Positions 46,591 through 57,834 are shown, counted from the first letter of the stretch. The stretch: 64,000 bases of DNA from Nitrosopumilus sp. (GCA_965207445.1 CBDBLX010000002.1:1175849-1239848); one strand, 5' to 3'. Notes: generated by a model not told the origin, from the sequence alone. Made by a program: numbers and translations.

Positions 46591-48556
46591 ATGAATATTT
46601 CATTAACTAGACATCTACGCGTCAAGCAGATCTCTGATCCCTCTCAATCTCCAATCCCCCCCCCCCCCCCATCATTCTAACGCGCAACACCGCCTTTTTA
46701 CAATAATAACCCCTCTTTTACTTGCCGGAATTATAATCACAATAGTTGCAGCCGTTCCGGCGGCTGACTGGGCCAGCGCCGGCCACGGTTATGCAGTCCC
46801 ACCAATCCCCGACGACCTGAACAGGGCGTCCGTCACGTTCACCTCGCCCTCGGGCGGCGATCCTATCAGGGGGACCATAACACTCGAGCGCAATGCCGCC
46901 AAGCAGATGAAGTTCGCGGCCGAAATACGCGAGTGTATAGTGGACCTGGGCAACGTCGGCAATATCCCTCTCCGGTCGGCTAACATGTGCGGCAACGACG
47001 CGCACGCCAGCCTGGACCCCAACGACGCGGGGCGCGACTTTTCGCGCAACGTAATCTGGACGGACTCCAACAAGAACACCGTAGCATACTACTATATCCC
47101 GACGTACAAGACGATAACCATAGAGAAGGGCGAACAGCAAGCTCACGTCACGTGGCAGACGCACAACGACGGCACGTCGAACGTGCAGTCGTTCACGGTG
47201 GCGGTCACGCCCCTCTACGAGGGCCCCGTGTACGGACACCACTGGGTGGATCCGGACAGGCCGCCGGCCGGGACGTTCATGTCCCAGCACCACTGGAAGG
47301 CGCAGATAAACGCCCAGCCGGAGCTGATAATGGTGGCAGACAGCCCCACCGACGTCACGGAGGGCGGTGAACTGCGCGTAGTGGTGCGCGCCACCCCGAC
47401 GGCGGACCCGGAGATTACGTTCAACTACCGCGTCACCGAACACAACAGCAACATTGTCCACAACAACAATGAGGGCGACAAGAGCGACCAACAAGTCGGC
47501 GGCGAACGAGGCGTACGCATCCTGACCCAAAACGACAACCAGGATGAGATCGACGGCACCGTCACGATAACGCTGCTCCCCGGCACCGGCTACACCGTGG
47601 GCACGCCTAATACAGTCACATTCACGGTGCGGGACAACGACCCAGGCCCATTGGGTAGTGGTGGCAACAGCCCTCCGACCCCGACTACAGTCTCAATTGG
47701 GCTGGCAGGCGGCAGCTCGGAGGGCGACCCCGTCTCATTTAGCATCGGCGCTTCCCCCCCGCCCCTGTTGCCTTTGCCAGTCAACGTCACCCTTTCGGGC
47801 GCCGGGAACGTGCTCAACGCATCTGATGTGGGCTGGCGCATCGTGGAGATCCCGCCGATCGGCTCGTATACATTGGAGGTTCCGACCATAAACGACGGCG
47901 TCATAGACGCCAACAATGTTACGCTCACGATAAACCCAGGCGCCGGCTACACGCTGGGACAATTTGCAAGCTGGACTGTGGACGTCCAGGACGCCGGGAC
48001 GACGTCAAGCCTGATGCAGCCGCCCGTGTACGACAAGCTCACCCAGGCGCAGAATCTGACGACAGTCGCCATAGACCCAGCGCTGGTCGCCAACGTGACC
48101 GCGATGGCGTCCCAGGTGCAGCACGGCGCAGACCATGTGGACAGGTGGAACCGCGTTCTAGCTGCCTTTGGCGAGATTGACCACTCAAACCCGATGACCG
48201 CAGCAGAGGCACAAACCAATGCAGAAAAGTACAGCAGCCCACTATGGCCGCAGATTGTCGACGTGTTGACATTGCTAGAGGCGGCGGCAGTAGTAGAACA
48301 GGACGATCCGCAGACGCCGCCTGACACGCCGCCTGCCATAGACCCTGCTCTGATCAACAGCGTCAGGGAGCTGGCGGCACAGACGCAGCACGGCGACGCG
48401 CACGTGGACAGGTGGAACCGCGTTCTAGCTGCCTTTGGTGAGATTGACCACTCAAACCCGATGACCGCAGCAGAGGCACAAACCAATGCAGAAAAGTACA
48501 GCAGCCCGCTGTGGCCGCAGATTGCAAAAGTACTAACGCAGCTTGAGTCAAGGTAA
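46591..48556 (+). CDS. Modular secreted Calx-beta-like surface protein A; start codon out of frame via C15 tract
   Basis: The 46907 frame is open upstream through signal peptide RLFTIITPLLLAGIIITIVAAVPAADWASA to the C15 at 46656-46670; ATG at 46591 is one base off; DN.DE.DGT.TITL..G.GY.VG repeats. Confidence 0.8.
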
Positions 48557-48689
48557 GTATTAACCCCGTGCCTAGATTTTCGCCATTTGTGTGATTTTTT
48601 TTGCCCTATCTAATACAAATACTACAAGTTGGCATATTTGGTATTGAACGAACCGTCAAAATTAGCTAGTGTCATAACTCTGCCTAAAA

Positions 48690-49520
48690 GTAACTATTTT
48701 GCTTTTTAAAGTGCACATATAAGGTAAAAGATCATGCGCATTTTTCTGATATAATGATCTCGGCATTAAATATTCATATATTAACAATTGACAATAATAA
48801 CGCGCAGTTGATTACAATACACAGATGGTCGATGAGAGTGGGTTTTTGCATTGTGGGCACGTAGGGCAATCTACCACACCTCTGTTCTGGCTATGTTTAC
48901 AGGGAGCTCGTTTTGGTAGCTTTTTGCCCCTTTGGCTCCGCCTCTTGGCTTATTTTCTCCTGGCGTTTTGTCAGATTTATCACTAGCAGTGACTGCCTTG
49001 ATGCTATTTTTCTTGGCCCTTGACTCTGTTGATCTTTTGATATTTTTTATTGTCCTTGGTCAATTCTTCATTCTGTGTCTTTAACGTGTTGACATCTTGT
49101 AGCATCTCAGACACGCCATTGGCCGTTATTTTTTTCTTTGAATTCGATGACTCTTGTAATGTCCTATCAATCGATTGTGCAACCACCACTTGCAACACTC
49201 GCAATCAGTTTTGAGACATGGCTTTTTTGCATGTTGTGTGTTTTTGTCACGAGGTTCAGAGCAGCACAACTATACTCCCTCCTGCAAATAATTGACACTT
49301 GCAATCCAGTCACACTGATCACTTAAATCCCGTTTTCTTGATGATCTAATACCGTTCCTGTCTATCATTTTATTCACACTTAATGATAGATGGAAGCGTT
49401 TTGATTTAACACCCCTTACTTTAAATTATTTGAGTGTTTGATCAAATTTTTTAAACCAAAATCATCATAGTATATAATCATAAGAATTTAAGTATACACT
49501 TCAAAAAGCAAAATAGTTAC
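48690..49520 (-). mobile_element. Degenerate IS66-like element
   Basis: TIR GTAACTATTTTGCTTTT / AAAAGCAAAATAGTTAC; coiled-coil ORF remnant 49004-49204. Confidence 0.75.
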
Positions 49521-49675
49521 AAAAAGAATATAATTAAAGCCCTAAATTATGACGTAATTAAAAACAATTCTAAAAAATTAGCCCTATTTTTTTTGAATAT
49601 ATACTTGTAAAATTTTATCATTTTTGATATAAAATTACCATTGCAGAATTTTACAATAATATCGCATCATAAAGA

Positions 49676-50515
49676 TCAAAAGGGACCATTGAACAAACCC
49701 AATCCAACACAGATCATCAATCCACCAAATGTTAACGATAACAAACCAACTGTCCATGCAATTACACTTTGCATTCGTTTCATGTGAGGAATAAAACCAA
49801 ACATGACTGAAAGCGTACCTGTCAGAGCAACCATCCCAACAATAGAACCCATACAGAAAACAGAGACAAAGATCAAAGGTTCATACAAATCACTAATTAA
49901 TAAAGTGCTAAATAATATGGCAAATACCCCGCTTCCCATCATGCCATGTATACTACCTACAAAACTTGCCATTGGTGCACGCCTGTACCATTTTTTACTG
50001 TTGTTTGTGGTGCTGGATGGATCGTGTTTGTGTTGGTGATGGTGATCATGTTGGTGATGGTGATCATGTTTGTTACTATCAGATACGTGTGAGTGTGAAT
50101 ACCATGTTCCATCATCATATGCATGAGAATGTACACGCGATTGTAGATCAAATAACATCAAAAACCTCTTACCACATATTGCAAACATACCTAGCCCAAT
50201 CAACATTACACCGTTGACTACCTCAAATACCCCAAGTAGTTGTGGAGGTATATGCATTGAGAGTACAATAACAAGTCCCAATCCTACAAGTATGGTTGCT
50301 GCATGACCTGCACCCCAAAACAAACCATAACGCAGTCCTGCAAAAAATATATCCTTTCGATTAGCTTTATGCCCTCGACTCTGTGTTTGTGCAAATGTTG
50401 CCATTGCAACTGCATGATCTGGCTCTAGTGCATGTGCAAGGCCAACTATCATTCCTACACCAAGTAACAAGATCGGATTCTCAAACAATACCAATAGTTC
50501 TGAGAGTGGTAACAT
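49676..50515 (-). CDS. UreH/NiCoT-like nickel/cobalt transporter with His-rich loop
   Basis: GLAHALEPDH, WGAGH, GSIHG..GSG. Confidence 0.85.
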   Translation of the reverse strand: MLPLSELLVLFENPILLLGVGMIVGLAHALEPDHAVAMATFAQTQSRGHKANRKDIFFAGLRYGLFWGAGHAATILVGLGLVIVLSMHIPPQLLGVFEVVNGVMLIGLGMFAICGKRFLMLFDLQSRVHSHAYDDGTWYSHSHVSDSNKHDHHHQHDHHHQHKHDPSSTTNNSKKWYRRAPMASFVGSIHGMMGSGVFAILFSTLLISDLYEPLIFVSVFCMGSIVGMVALTGTLSVMFGFIPHMKRMQSVIAWTVGLLSLTFGGLMICVGLGLFNGPF

Positions 50516-51284
50516 TTACACTTCAGCCTATCTTGTCGTCACGATTTGATTAACATGTGTATGTAATTTTATTGGATAATGTATCGCTATATCAAAATTA
50601 AATATTTTATAATTCTTGTATGTAATTTGAATTGTCGTACATTGTACATTTTTTGGTATGTGGACTATGAAATTTTGCTTTACTACTATTACCACCACCA
50701 CACCACCACTGACAAATTTTGAGTAATCTTTTGGTGTTTGTACTTGTTTGTAATTGCCATCCTTTGAGTATTGTATATAATATGTACAATTTACCCATTG
50801 CAATCGCACATTATAAATATTTTTGATAATCATACGAATTGTAGTTTTAGTTATTATTCTTACACAACACAAAACAAATCTACTGTTTAACATTGTTTTA
50901 AATATTTGATTTTGGATTAATAAAAATGGATTTATTCTAACAAACGAGTCGACGTCGGCATTGTGATAATAATTATTATAATTTTTTATGTACATTTTAC
51001 TCTATGTTTTTAATGTCATATTTTGTAAATAAACATTTCAAATATATATTTCGATGAATTTGTACATGATTTGATAATTGATGGAATCCTTTACATGTAT
51101 TGACCTCTGAGAAAAATCATGACCATTAAAAATAAGAGTAATTGGCATGATAAATGCATTAATACTTTTATATGATATGTTAATTTTAATGCACATGTAT
51201 GAATGATGATCATAATAATGATCATAACAATAAACATGGCAATAATAATGAATTAGCGCTATATATCACAGATGAAATATGTGC

Positions 51285-52598
51285 TCAACCCAAACGAATG
51301 AACCCTGACTTTAACATATATGATATGGAATTCAATGCTGTCTGCTCATCTATCTGTTCTGTATACCACCATTCAATCAACGTACCGGTCCATTGAGGTA
51401 TGACCGGTTTGCCTGGCATACCGTAGGGTAATTTTGATCGATCTGCAAGCCATTTTATTATCTCAAACATGGATGCATCTGAGGCTTGTCCAGATGCCCA
51501 TAGTAGCATATCTTGCATTATATATTCCGGTATTACAATTGGAAGTATTGGACCGTGTTCAAAACCTTGTATTGTAATTACATCTTGTGAACGTCCACGT
51601 ATCTCAAATGTGACGTGCCATGATCCTGTCTCATCTGTACTCTGTGTGCTGTTTATGATGTTGCCGTTTCGTAACACTGTAAATTTTTCTGTTTGAGTGA
51701 CAGCAGGAATCTCTACACTTGCAAATGTCTCAAACGGATAACTATTAGTCGTCTGTATTGTGACATCTGTACCATTTTCTGTAAATATGGGTCTGTATAA
51801 CCATGCTCCTGATTCATATCTCATTGTATATGTCTGATTACCATCATTTCCTCTTTGTGCAGTTAATGGGTGGACTGATCTATCAGAAGGTGCAAAACAA
51901 CTATAGTATGTGATTATATCTGCTGATATAGAGTCATCGGGATATAACTCAAATGATATCGTCTGTTTTGGTTTGATCTCACCTTGTATTATGGTATATG
52001 CAACATCTACGATATTCCCCTCGTATCCATGTACTATTGCCCAGATTACAGGATTGTATAATGTTGTATTACCTGAATTAATGGCAAATCCTGAGAGGTG
52101 TCCATCATCATGAATTATCAGAGTATCATCATATATGACATCAAGTGTTATATCTTTATACATGATACTTTTTGCCACATGAGCTGCAACTGTCCCTGAT
52201 AGTTCATATCCGACAAGCGTCGCATTTGCAGATGCATCTGGAATCTTGATTAAAAATGGCAGTTCACTGTTTGCAGGTATGACATTGTATGGTACTATAA
52301 TGTTATACTGTGTAGTTGTATCTTGTATGTATAGTTCTAGTGATGGTTTAATTGGAAATGTATGTGTGTTCTTTAAATTACCACCAACAGTATACATTCC
52401 ATTGGCATCTACATATGTGACGATCTCATCTTTGAGCATTTTCAATCCTGAATTATCTGCATAGGATGTGTGCATTCCTATTAAAACAAATGACATGATA
52501 AATGTGGCTAGTAATACGCATAGTGTCCAATTTGTAATGTGTCTCATAAATGATTCAATAGTGTTTTGAGATGCCTTTGGATACATCATACTATACAT
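51285..52598 (-). CDS. Secreted thaumarchaeal hypothetical protein
   Basis: Signal peptide; C-terminal IPEY/IPQW...WW..I....L repeats. Confidence 0.75.
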   Translation of the reverse strand: MYSMMYPKASQNTIESFMRHITNWTLCVLLATFIMSFVLIGMHTSYADNSGLKMLKDEIVTYVDANGMYTVGGNLKNTHTFPIKPSLELYIQDTTTQYNIIVPYNVIPANSELPFLIKIPDASANATLVGYELSGTVAAHVAKSIMYKDITLDVIYDDTLIIHDDGHLSGFAINSGNTTLYNPVIWAIVHGYEGNIVDVAYTIIQGEIKPKQTISFELYPDDSISADIITYYSCFAPSDRSVHPLTAQRGNDGNQTYTMRYESGAWLYRPIFTENGTDVTIQTTNSYPFETFASVEIPAVTQTEKFTVLRNGNIINSTQSTDETGSWHVTFEIRGRSQDVITIQGFEHGPILPIVIPEYIMQDMLLWASGQASDASMFEIIKWLADRSKLPYGMPGKPVIPQWTGTLIEWWYTEQIDEQTALNSISYMLKSGFIRLG

Positions 52599-52691
52599 AC
52601 ATCAGAGATCAATTTAGTAGTTGACACTAGTTGTGAATAGATGATGTATATAATAAATATACATATACTTAATGTCTTTTGTGCATGATAT

Positions 52692-52772
52692 GTAACCATT
52701 CAACTCCCATGCCTGCGCCAAACATTAGTCGATGAATCTGTGCCTAAATTTTGGAAAGTGGTAAACGGTTAC
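52692..52772 (-). mobile_element. 81-bp IS66-type MITE
   Basis: GTAACCATTCAAC...GTAAACGGTTAC. Confidence 0.88.
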
Positions 52773-53427
52773 CGTTATAATTATCAGATTGTATAAAAAT
52801 AGCAAACGCGAAGCCATTCAACCAAAAATCAAGCACAAGTCTCTGCTAATTGTCTGATGCAGACACGAGGGCCAAACAGCTACGCATATACCATGTTATA
52901 CTGTAGGTATGGTTATTAATAAATTTTTCTTAATTAATAATAAATCGTAAAATAATACAATTTTTTAATAATAGTCATTTGAGGATATGTGGTGTCAATC
53001 AAATAGTATCAACTCAGGTCAAATCGGCAGTCACAAACGGTACCGGGACCTTACTGTGGGCGGCAAAATGAAAGATATATTAAATTAAGTGTGCGCTTAA
53101 TTTAATCCTAAAACGAAAACGGTCCAAAGTAATCATAAATGGTGTGCGCGCATGACCGTGGCGCAGACTGTCAGGTGTAAAGCCTGCAATGGCACAGGCG
53201 TGGCAATGATGGCAGATGACAAGTACAGAGAGTCGTCCCAGAATGCGCTGCTGCGCAGTGAGGTGGCCTGGGCGTGGGGCGCAGTTGCAGTACATGAGCG
53301 GTTTTTAAAGAGTATCTCTGAGACGTCCCAAGACGTAATAACGGGACTGGTCAAAAAATTGGCCAAAAATGATGACGAGATTGCATAACAGTAGCAGATC
53401 ATTGAGAGAATAGATAGTGAGTTGAGG

Positions 53428-53508
53428 GCAACCGTTCAACCCTCATACCTGCATCAGAAATTAGACGGTGAATCTGTGCCTAAATTTGAGGAGGGGTTGA
53501 ACGGTTAC
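53428..53508 (-). mobile_element. 81-bp IS66-type MITE truncating the protease gene
   Basis: GCAACCGTTCAACC...GGTTGAACGGTTAC. Confidence 0.9.
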
Positions 53509-54110
53509 CAGAGCAGGGCCGTATTGGCTCAGGATCGGCATCCACGCCTCTAATTTCTTTGGATCTTGGGATTCCCTTTTGGCAAGGTCAAACTGGTCAA
53601 TGATGGACTGCGCGGGAACCATCTGCCTGCCCAGCTGGGTCTGGAGGACAAACTGTGGATCGATCGGCCCTATCGACGAATGCTTCCCCATCACTATCGT
53701 GTTTGCAGAGCATGCGATCATGGTCGCAGCAGACATTGCAGCCTGGGGAATAATTACGCGTATATCGTTGAATTTGGTCCGCATGTATGTAACTAACGCC
53801 TCTGCGGCCTCGATGGAGCCACCACCCCCCCCCCCCCCCCGGACTGTGAAGGATCAGGTCCAGACTCTCGCCTTTTAGCCCGTGAATCACTTCCATCAAC
53901 CCCTGTATGTCCTCGTCTGTTATGGAAAGGACCTCCGGAGTGCCGATCGGTTTCCCAGTCTGGGTCCAAGCTGTGGCGTAAAGAATTGTGTTTCTACTTG
54001 TCAGCGAAAACAGCTGGGCTAGGTATTGTCTTCTGACCTCATCAAATGGAACTGGATTAGCCTTGGACTTTGTCTGCAGTTCGGATAAGATTTTCCCCCC
54101 AAGTCGGCAT
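53509..54110 (-). pseudogene. SDH_sah/ClpP-fold serine protease, two homopolymer frameshifts, 3' truncated
   Basis: MPTWG, LDLILHSPGG, IPQAAMSAATM, SSIGPIDPQ. Confidence 0.88.
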
Positions 54111-54298
54111 TAAATCCCCTGATCGGTAGAAGTACCTGCTGAACAGTATTCTGACGGTGTCGTGTTTTCAAGATATCGCCGCGATTGCTCAAGAAGCGCG
54201 TCGTATTTCCAGTACACCTTCACCACTTCGACCAATCCAGGTTGCTTTTTGGCTTGTCTTAGCAGCTTGTCGTATTCGGCTACCTTCTTGGACTTCAT
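54110..54298 (-). CDS. Small protein translationally coupled to the protease
   Basis: 62 aa; TAATG stop/start overlap. Confidence 0.6.
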   Translation of the reverse strand: MKSKKVAEYDKLLRQAKKQPGLVEVVKVYWKYDALLEQSRRYLENTTPSEYCSAGTSTDQGI

Positions 54299-54346
54299 GT
54301 ATCAATCAATAGCGGATTGTAGCATATAAGTAATTATGCAGAAACC

Positions 54347-54429
54347 GTAACCGTTCAACTCCTTCCAAAATTTAGGCACAAATTCACCGCCTAACGTCTG
54401 GCGCAGGTAACCGGGGGTTGAACGGTTAC
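54347..54429 (+). mobile_element. 81-bp-family IS66-type MITE (83 bp)
   Basis: Perfect 13-bp TIRs. Confidence 0.92.
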
Positions 54430-54745
54430 CTGAGTTGATACATCAAATACTACAAAAGAGTCTACGGTTCTCTTGCAAACGCGGTTGATCGGTGTTTATA
54501 TGAACTTTTTATTTGAATTTGGTATTTGAGGTTGAAAAAGTGTACGTTTTTAGTACTTTTTTGTATGACTATGATGATAGTTTGGAATAAGGATAGTTAG
54601 AGTCAGTATCAAAAAGACAAACGAGGGTGGTTTATCTTGAAGAAATTAGATTGTACACCAAAAATGATAGTTTGATTTGGCATCAAAACACAAACAGATG
54701 TAGAGTGTTTGTGTATATGATGTGTAATGTACATAGTCTGGCAAT

Positions 54746-56023
54746 TCAGGCAGAGGCACGTATGGATGCGTTTTGAATGAACGTTATCCAAGCATCACAA
54801 CTATCTGCAAGATCAGAGTCTTTTACTGGTATAATGTCAATTCCAATTGCCTTGGCAGGCGTCATGTTGTTTTTGAGGCTTGTGTGTTTTCTAAAAAAGT
54901 TATGATATACTATGATCAGACGTAAGAGTCCGGGGTCCTCTGATTTTAGTCCACATACACACTTGAGTCTATCCTCAAATTCTCCATTGAGTCGTTCGTA
55001 GACGTTATTTTGATTAAAAAGATTCTGTATGTGTATATCACGTATGTGTACAAACATCGATCCAGCCCGTCTAAAGAATACTTTTCTGGCAGGCTTTATG
55101 AACTCCTGCAGTCCATCACTTACAAGTATGCGGGGTAGCCTACGCGTACGGGCAGCAGCCATTTGAAACAGGTTAGTGGGATCAGATCCCTTTTTCTTCT
55201 TGAGGATCTCGTGGGATAAAACAAATCGGCTTGCGCCATCAATCACACCAAACAAATATCTGGTCTGTTTACGTATTTTAAATTCTAGTTCGTCGACATG
55301 CCACTGAAACCATGCATCAAGACACAACAAACTTGAGAACCGTAGCATGATTCGCGAATACTCATCAGTCCACCTATGTATTGTAGATGGGTTTATGATG
55401 ATCTCATCCATTGCAAGCTGCACACATACTTCTTCTGGAGACATTTTAGTTGCCATCATGGACAACGCTTTTGCTATTACGGATGCATCAAAATGCCGCC
55501 CCTTGAACCCTTCCATTCCAGAAAATGTACGTCCACATTTTTTGCACATGTATCGCCTCACAGATCTTTTTCTCTTACACTTGCGCTCTCCCCATCCTAC
55601 CACATCTTTGGATCTGCATTTTGGATACTGACATCTCAATTTTTTGCGCCTAATCTGTATCCTTTTTCTACGCCCACACCACCACTCTTTGTCTAAGAGC
55701 TTGTATACCCCCACCACATGCTTGCATATCTTTTTTCCATTTTGATTGGCCTCACACTGACATCTCATTCCAAGTGAACTAAGAGACACCACATACAATA
55801 GACCTTGCACAGTTTGCGATGCGACTGTCCATTTAATCGAGCTTAGTGTAGTTATGGCACCTGCAATGCATGCAATCTGAATGCCTGCTTTCCTAATTGC
55901 ATCAATCTGAGCCTTGGAGCGCCTCTGCTTGCCAGGCTTTGGGCTGTCATTTTCCAATGTTTTTGATCTTGATTGAGTAGTTTCGTCTACCACCTTTTCT
56001 TCCTGAACTGTTTTTTGTTTCAT
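54746..56023 (-). CDS. IS6-like DDE transposase with SWIM and Zn-ribbon domains
   Basis: CQC...CKH, C..C/CKKC, WHVDE, VSDG, NNVYERLNG; start placed at MKQK. Confidence 0.88.
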   Translation of the reverse strand: MKQKTVQEEKVVDETTQSRSKTLENDSPKPGKQRRSKAQIDAIRKAGIQIACIAGAITTLSSIKWTVASQTVQGLLYVVSLSSLGMRCQCEANQNGKKICKHVVGVYKLLDKEWWCGRRKRIQIRRKKLRCQYPKCRSKDVVGWGERKCKRKRSVRRYMCKKCGRTFSGMEGFKGRHFDASVIAKALSMMATKMSPEEVCVQLAMDEIIINPSTIHRWTDEYSRIMLRFSSLLCLDAWFQWHVDELEFKIRKQTRYLFGVIDGASRFVLSHEILKKKKGSDPTNLFQMAAARTRRLPRILVSDGLQEFIKPARKVFFRRAGSMFVHIRDIHIQNLFNQNNVYERLNGEFEDRLKCVCGLKSEDPGLLRLIIVYHNFFRKHTSLKNNMTPAKAIGIDIIPVKDSDLADSCDAWITFIQNASIRASA

Positions 56024-56110
56024 TGTACATATATCACCAATTGGATATATAAGCATTCGTGCGTAATCCGATGTCAGAGACGTTATAACGTTGTACTGAG
56101 AACAACAAAC

Positions 56111-56284
56111 ATGACTAAATGGGCTGCCAATGCCACTGAATTCCAAGTATCCATAACCCACAACGTGAAAAGAGGTACCAGTTACTCGTACATTCCAAAG
56201 CCAGTCCTTGCCAAACTTGGTAACCCAGAGGGTTTGAAGTTTATCATACGTGGCGACAAAATACTAGTTACGTGTCCGGATTGA
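56111..56284 (+). CDS. Small AbrB/MazE-like DNA-binding protein inside IS6
   Basis: SYSYIPKPVLAKLGNPEGLKF resembles the IPK...LG swapped-hairpin pattern. Confidence 0.6.
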   Translation: MTKWAANATEFQVSITHNVKRGTSYSYIPKPVLAKLGNPEGLKFIIRGDKILVTCPD

Positions 56285-56382
56285 CTACAACGGTTCAAAT
56301 CTGTATTAATTGCCACCAACCGCGTTTGCAGGAGAACCGAGTCTACAAAGCCTTAAATTTTAGACACATGTACAAATCATAA

Positions 56383-57834
56383 TTGAATTTTTCACCAATT
56401 ATTGCATTTACAACAACTGTGCTAATATCTGCTGTAGTTATATCTGCTGCAACCATACATAATACCCCTGCACATGCACTGTCCCCACTTGACATTGATT
56501 CAGATAAACTACTCAGTGTCACGTTCATTGACCTGGGTACAAAGGGTGAATCTACTCTGATCGTTTTGCCAAATGAGTCTGTAATATTGATGGATGGTGG
56601 TATGCCATCAGCATACAACAATATCAAAGATGTATTGAATAGTTTTGGAATCACAACGATACATCTACTTGTCGCCACTCATGCGGACCAGGACCATGTA
56701 GCAGGACTAAACAAGTTACTGGAAAGTTCAGAGTTTAATGTAAATCAGGTAATGATAAGTCCAGTGACAAAGGACACAAAGACATATCAAAGATTCTTAC
56801 AATATACGACAGATAATCGCATAATAGGATATGCTGGTGACAAAATTACACTCGATGAGAATGTCAGCATAAAGATACTCAGTCCTCCATCTGAGTATCG
56901 ACTAGCAAAAGACACAAATGCAGGTTTAGAGAATACAAATTCCATAATTACACTCTTAGAGTATGGCAACGTAGAGTTTCTATTCACTAGTGATGCGACG
57001 TATGTGACAGAGAATTGGCTGATAAACAATGTACCAAAAGATGAACTAGATATAGATATAATGAGTGCACCGCACCACGGATCCAAACACAGCAGCACTG
57101 CGGGATTCATCTCTGCCACATCTCCCGAAATTGTGGTATATTCTGCCAATGTAGGAAATCAATATGGACATCCACATTTAGATGCTACAAATAGATACGA
57201 GTCACGTGGGATACTTGGGCTGCATACTGGTCTGAGAGGTGATGTGTTGATTCAAACAGATGGCATAGGATGTTCTTTGTTGCTTTATGCTGTATCGGAG
57301 ATGCCGTGTTTTGATGGTATAGTTATGGTATCTGAATCTGTTGCATCAACACCAAATGTGATTGCAAACAAACCAATATCAGATACTACTGGTGCAGATG
57401 CCAACATACAAAATGATTATGAAAAGGATGAATTATTGCAGTATGTAAGTAATATACGCTCATTGCTAAATGATGCAAAAATTGCATATGTTGATAACTC
57501 TGATGCAAATGCGGCACTCAGATACGTAAAAATTGCGTACAATGACAACTATAATTTTTTGACCAATCCACTTGCTGATGCTGGTGAGTATAAACTGATG
57601 CAAGAGGTCAAAGTTATGTTAAATACAGAGCTTGTAGAGATGATCACAAGTGGAGCATCAAAACAATCCGTAAGTGATCAAATTGATACAATACTGATAA
57701 AGATGGATGCAGTAGAGGCAGTCGTACCGGAGTTTGGTGCGCTAGTTGTAGTATTTGTATCTGCACTAGTTGTTATTGTGATTGTCATGCGTATATTTTA
57801 CAACTCACACAAAATACCATTATATCAAAAGTGA
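56383..57834 (+). CDS. Secreted ComEC/Rec2-like MBL hydrolase with helical domain and PEFG-CTERM anchor
   Basis: THADQDH, PHHGS, NQYGHPH, VPEFG + TM. Confidence 0.88.
   Translation: MNFSPIIAFTTTVLISAVVISAATIHNTPAHALSPLDIDSDKLLSVTFIDLGTKGESTLIVLPNESVILMDGGMPSAYNNIKDVLNSFGITTIHLLVATHADQDHVAGLNKLLESSEFNVNQVMISPVTKDTKTYQRFLQYTTDNRIIGYAGDKITLDENVSIKILSPPSEYRLAKDTNAGLENTNSIITLLEYGNVEFLFTSDATYVTENWLINNVPKDELDIDIMSAPHHGSKHSSTAGFISATSPEIVVYSANVGNQYGHPHLDATNRYESRGILGLHTGLRGDVLIQTDGIGCSLLLYAVSEMPCFDGIVMVSESVASTPNVIANKPISDTTGADANIQNDYEKDELLQYVSNIRSLLNDAKIAYVDNSDANAALRYVKIAYNDNYNFLTNPLADAGEYKLMQEVKVMLNTELVEMITSGASKQSVSDQIDTILIKMDAVEAVVPEFGALVVVFVSALVVIVIVMRIFYNSHKIPLYQK

Larger units (their letters stand above)
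53006..54441. mobile_element. Non-autonomous cargo-carrying element
   Basis: TIR GTATCAACTCAG(G)/(C)CTGAGTTGATAC; 8-bp TSD ATCAAATA; no catalytic transposase domain seen. Confidence 0.85.
54466..56338 (-). mobile_element. IS6-family element
   Basis: TIR GGTTCTC(T/C)TGCAAACGCGGTTG; 8-bp TSD GAGTCTAC. Confidence 0.9.

Noticed and set aside
54347..54429. 81-bp elements as integron attC sites (GTTCAAC/GTTGAAC fit RYYYAAC/GTTRRRY; GCCTAAC inside)
   Set aside because: Same ends bound an IS66 transposase; orientations are mixed, there is no cassette array and no tyrosine integrase in the window
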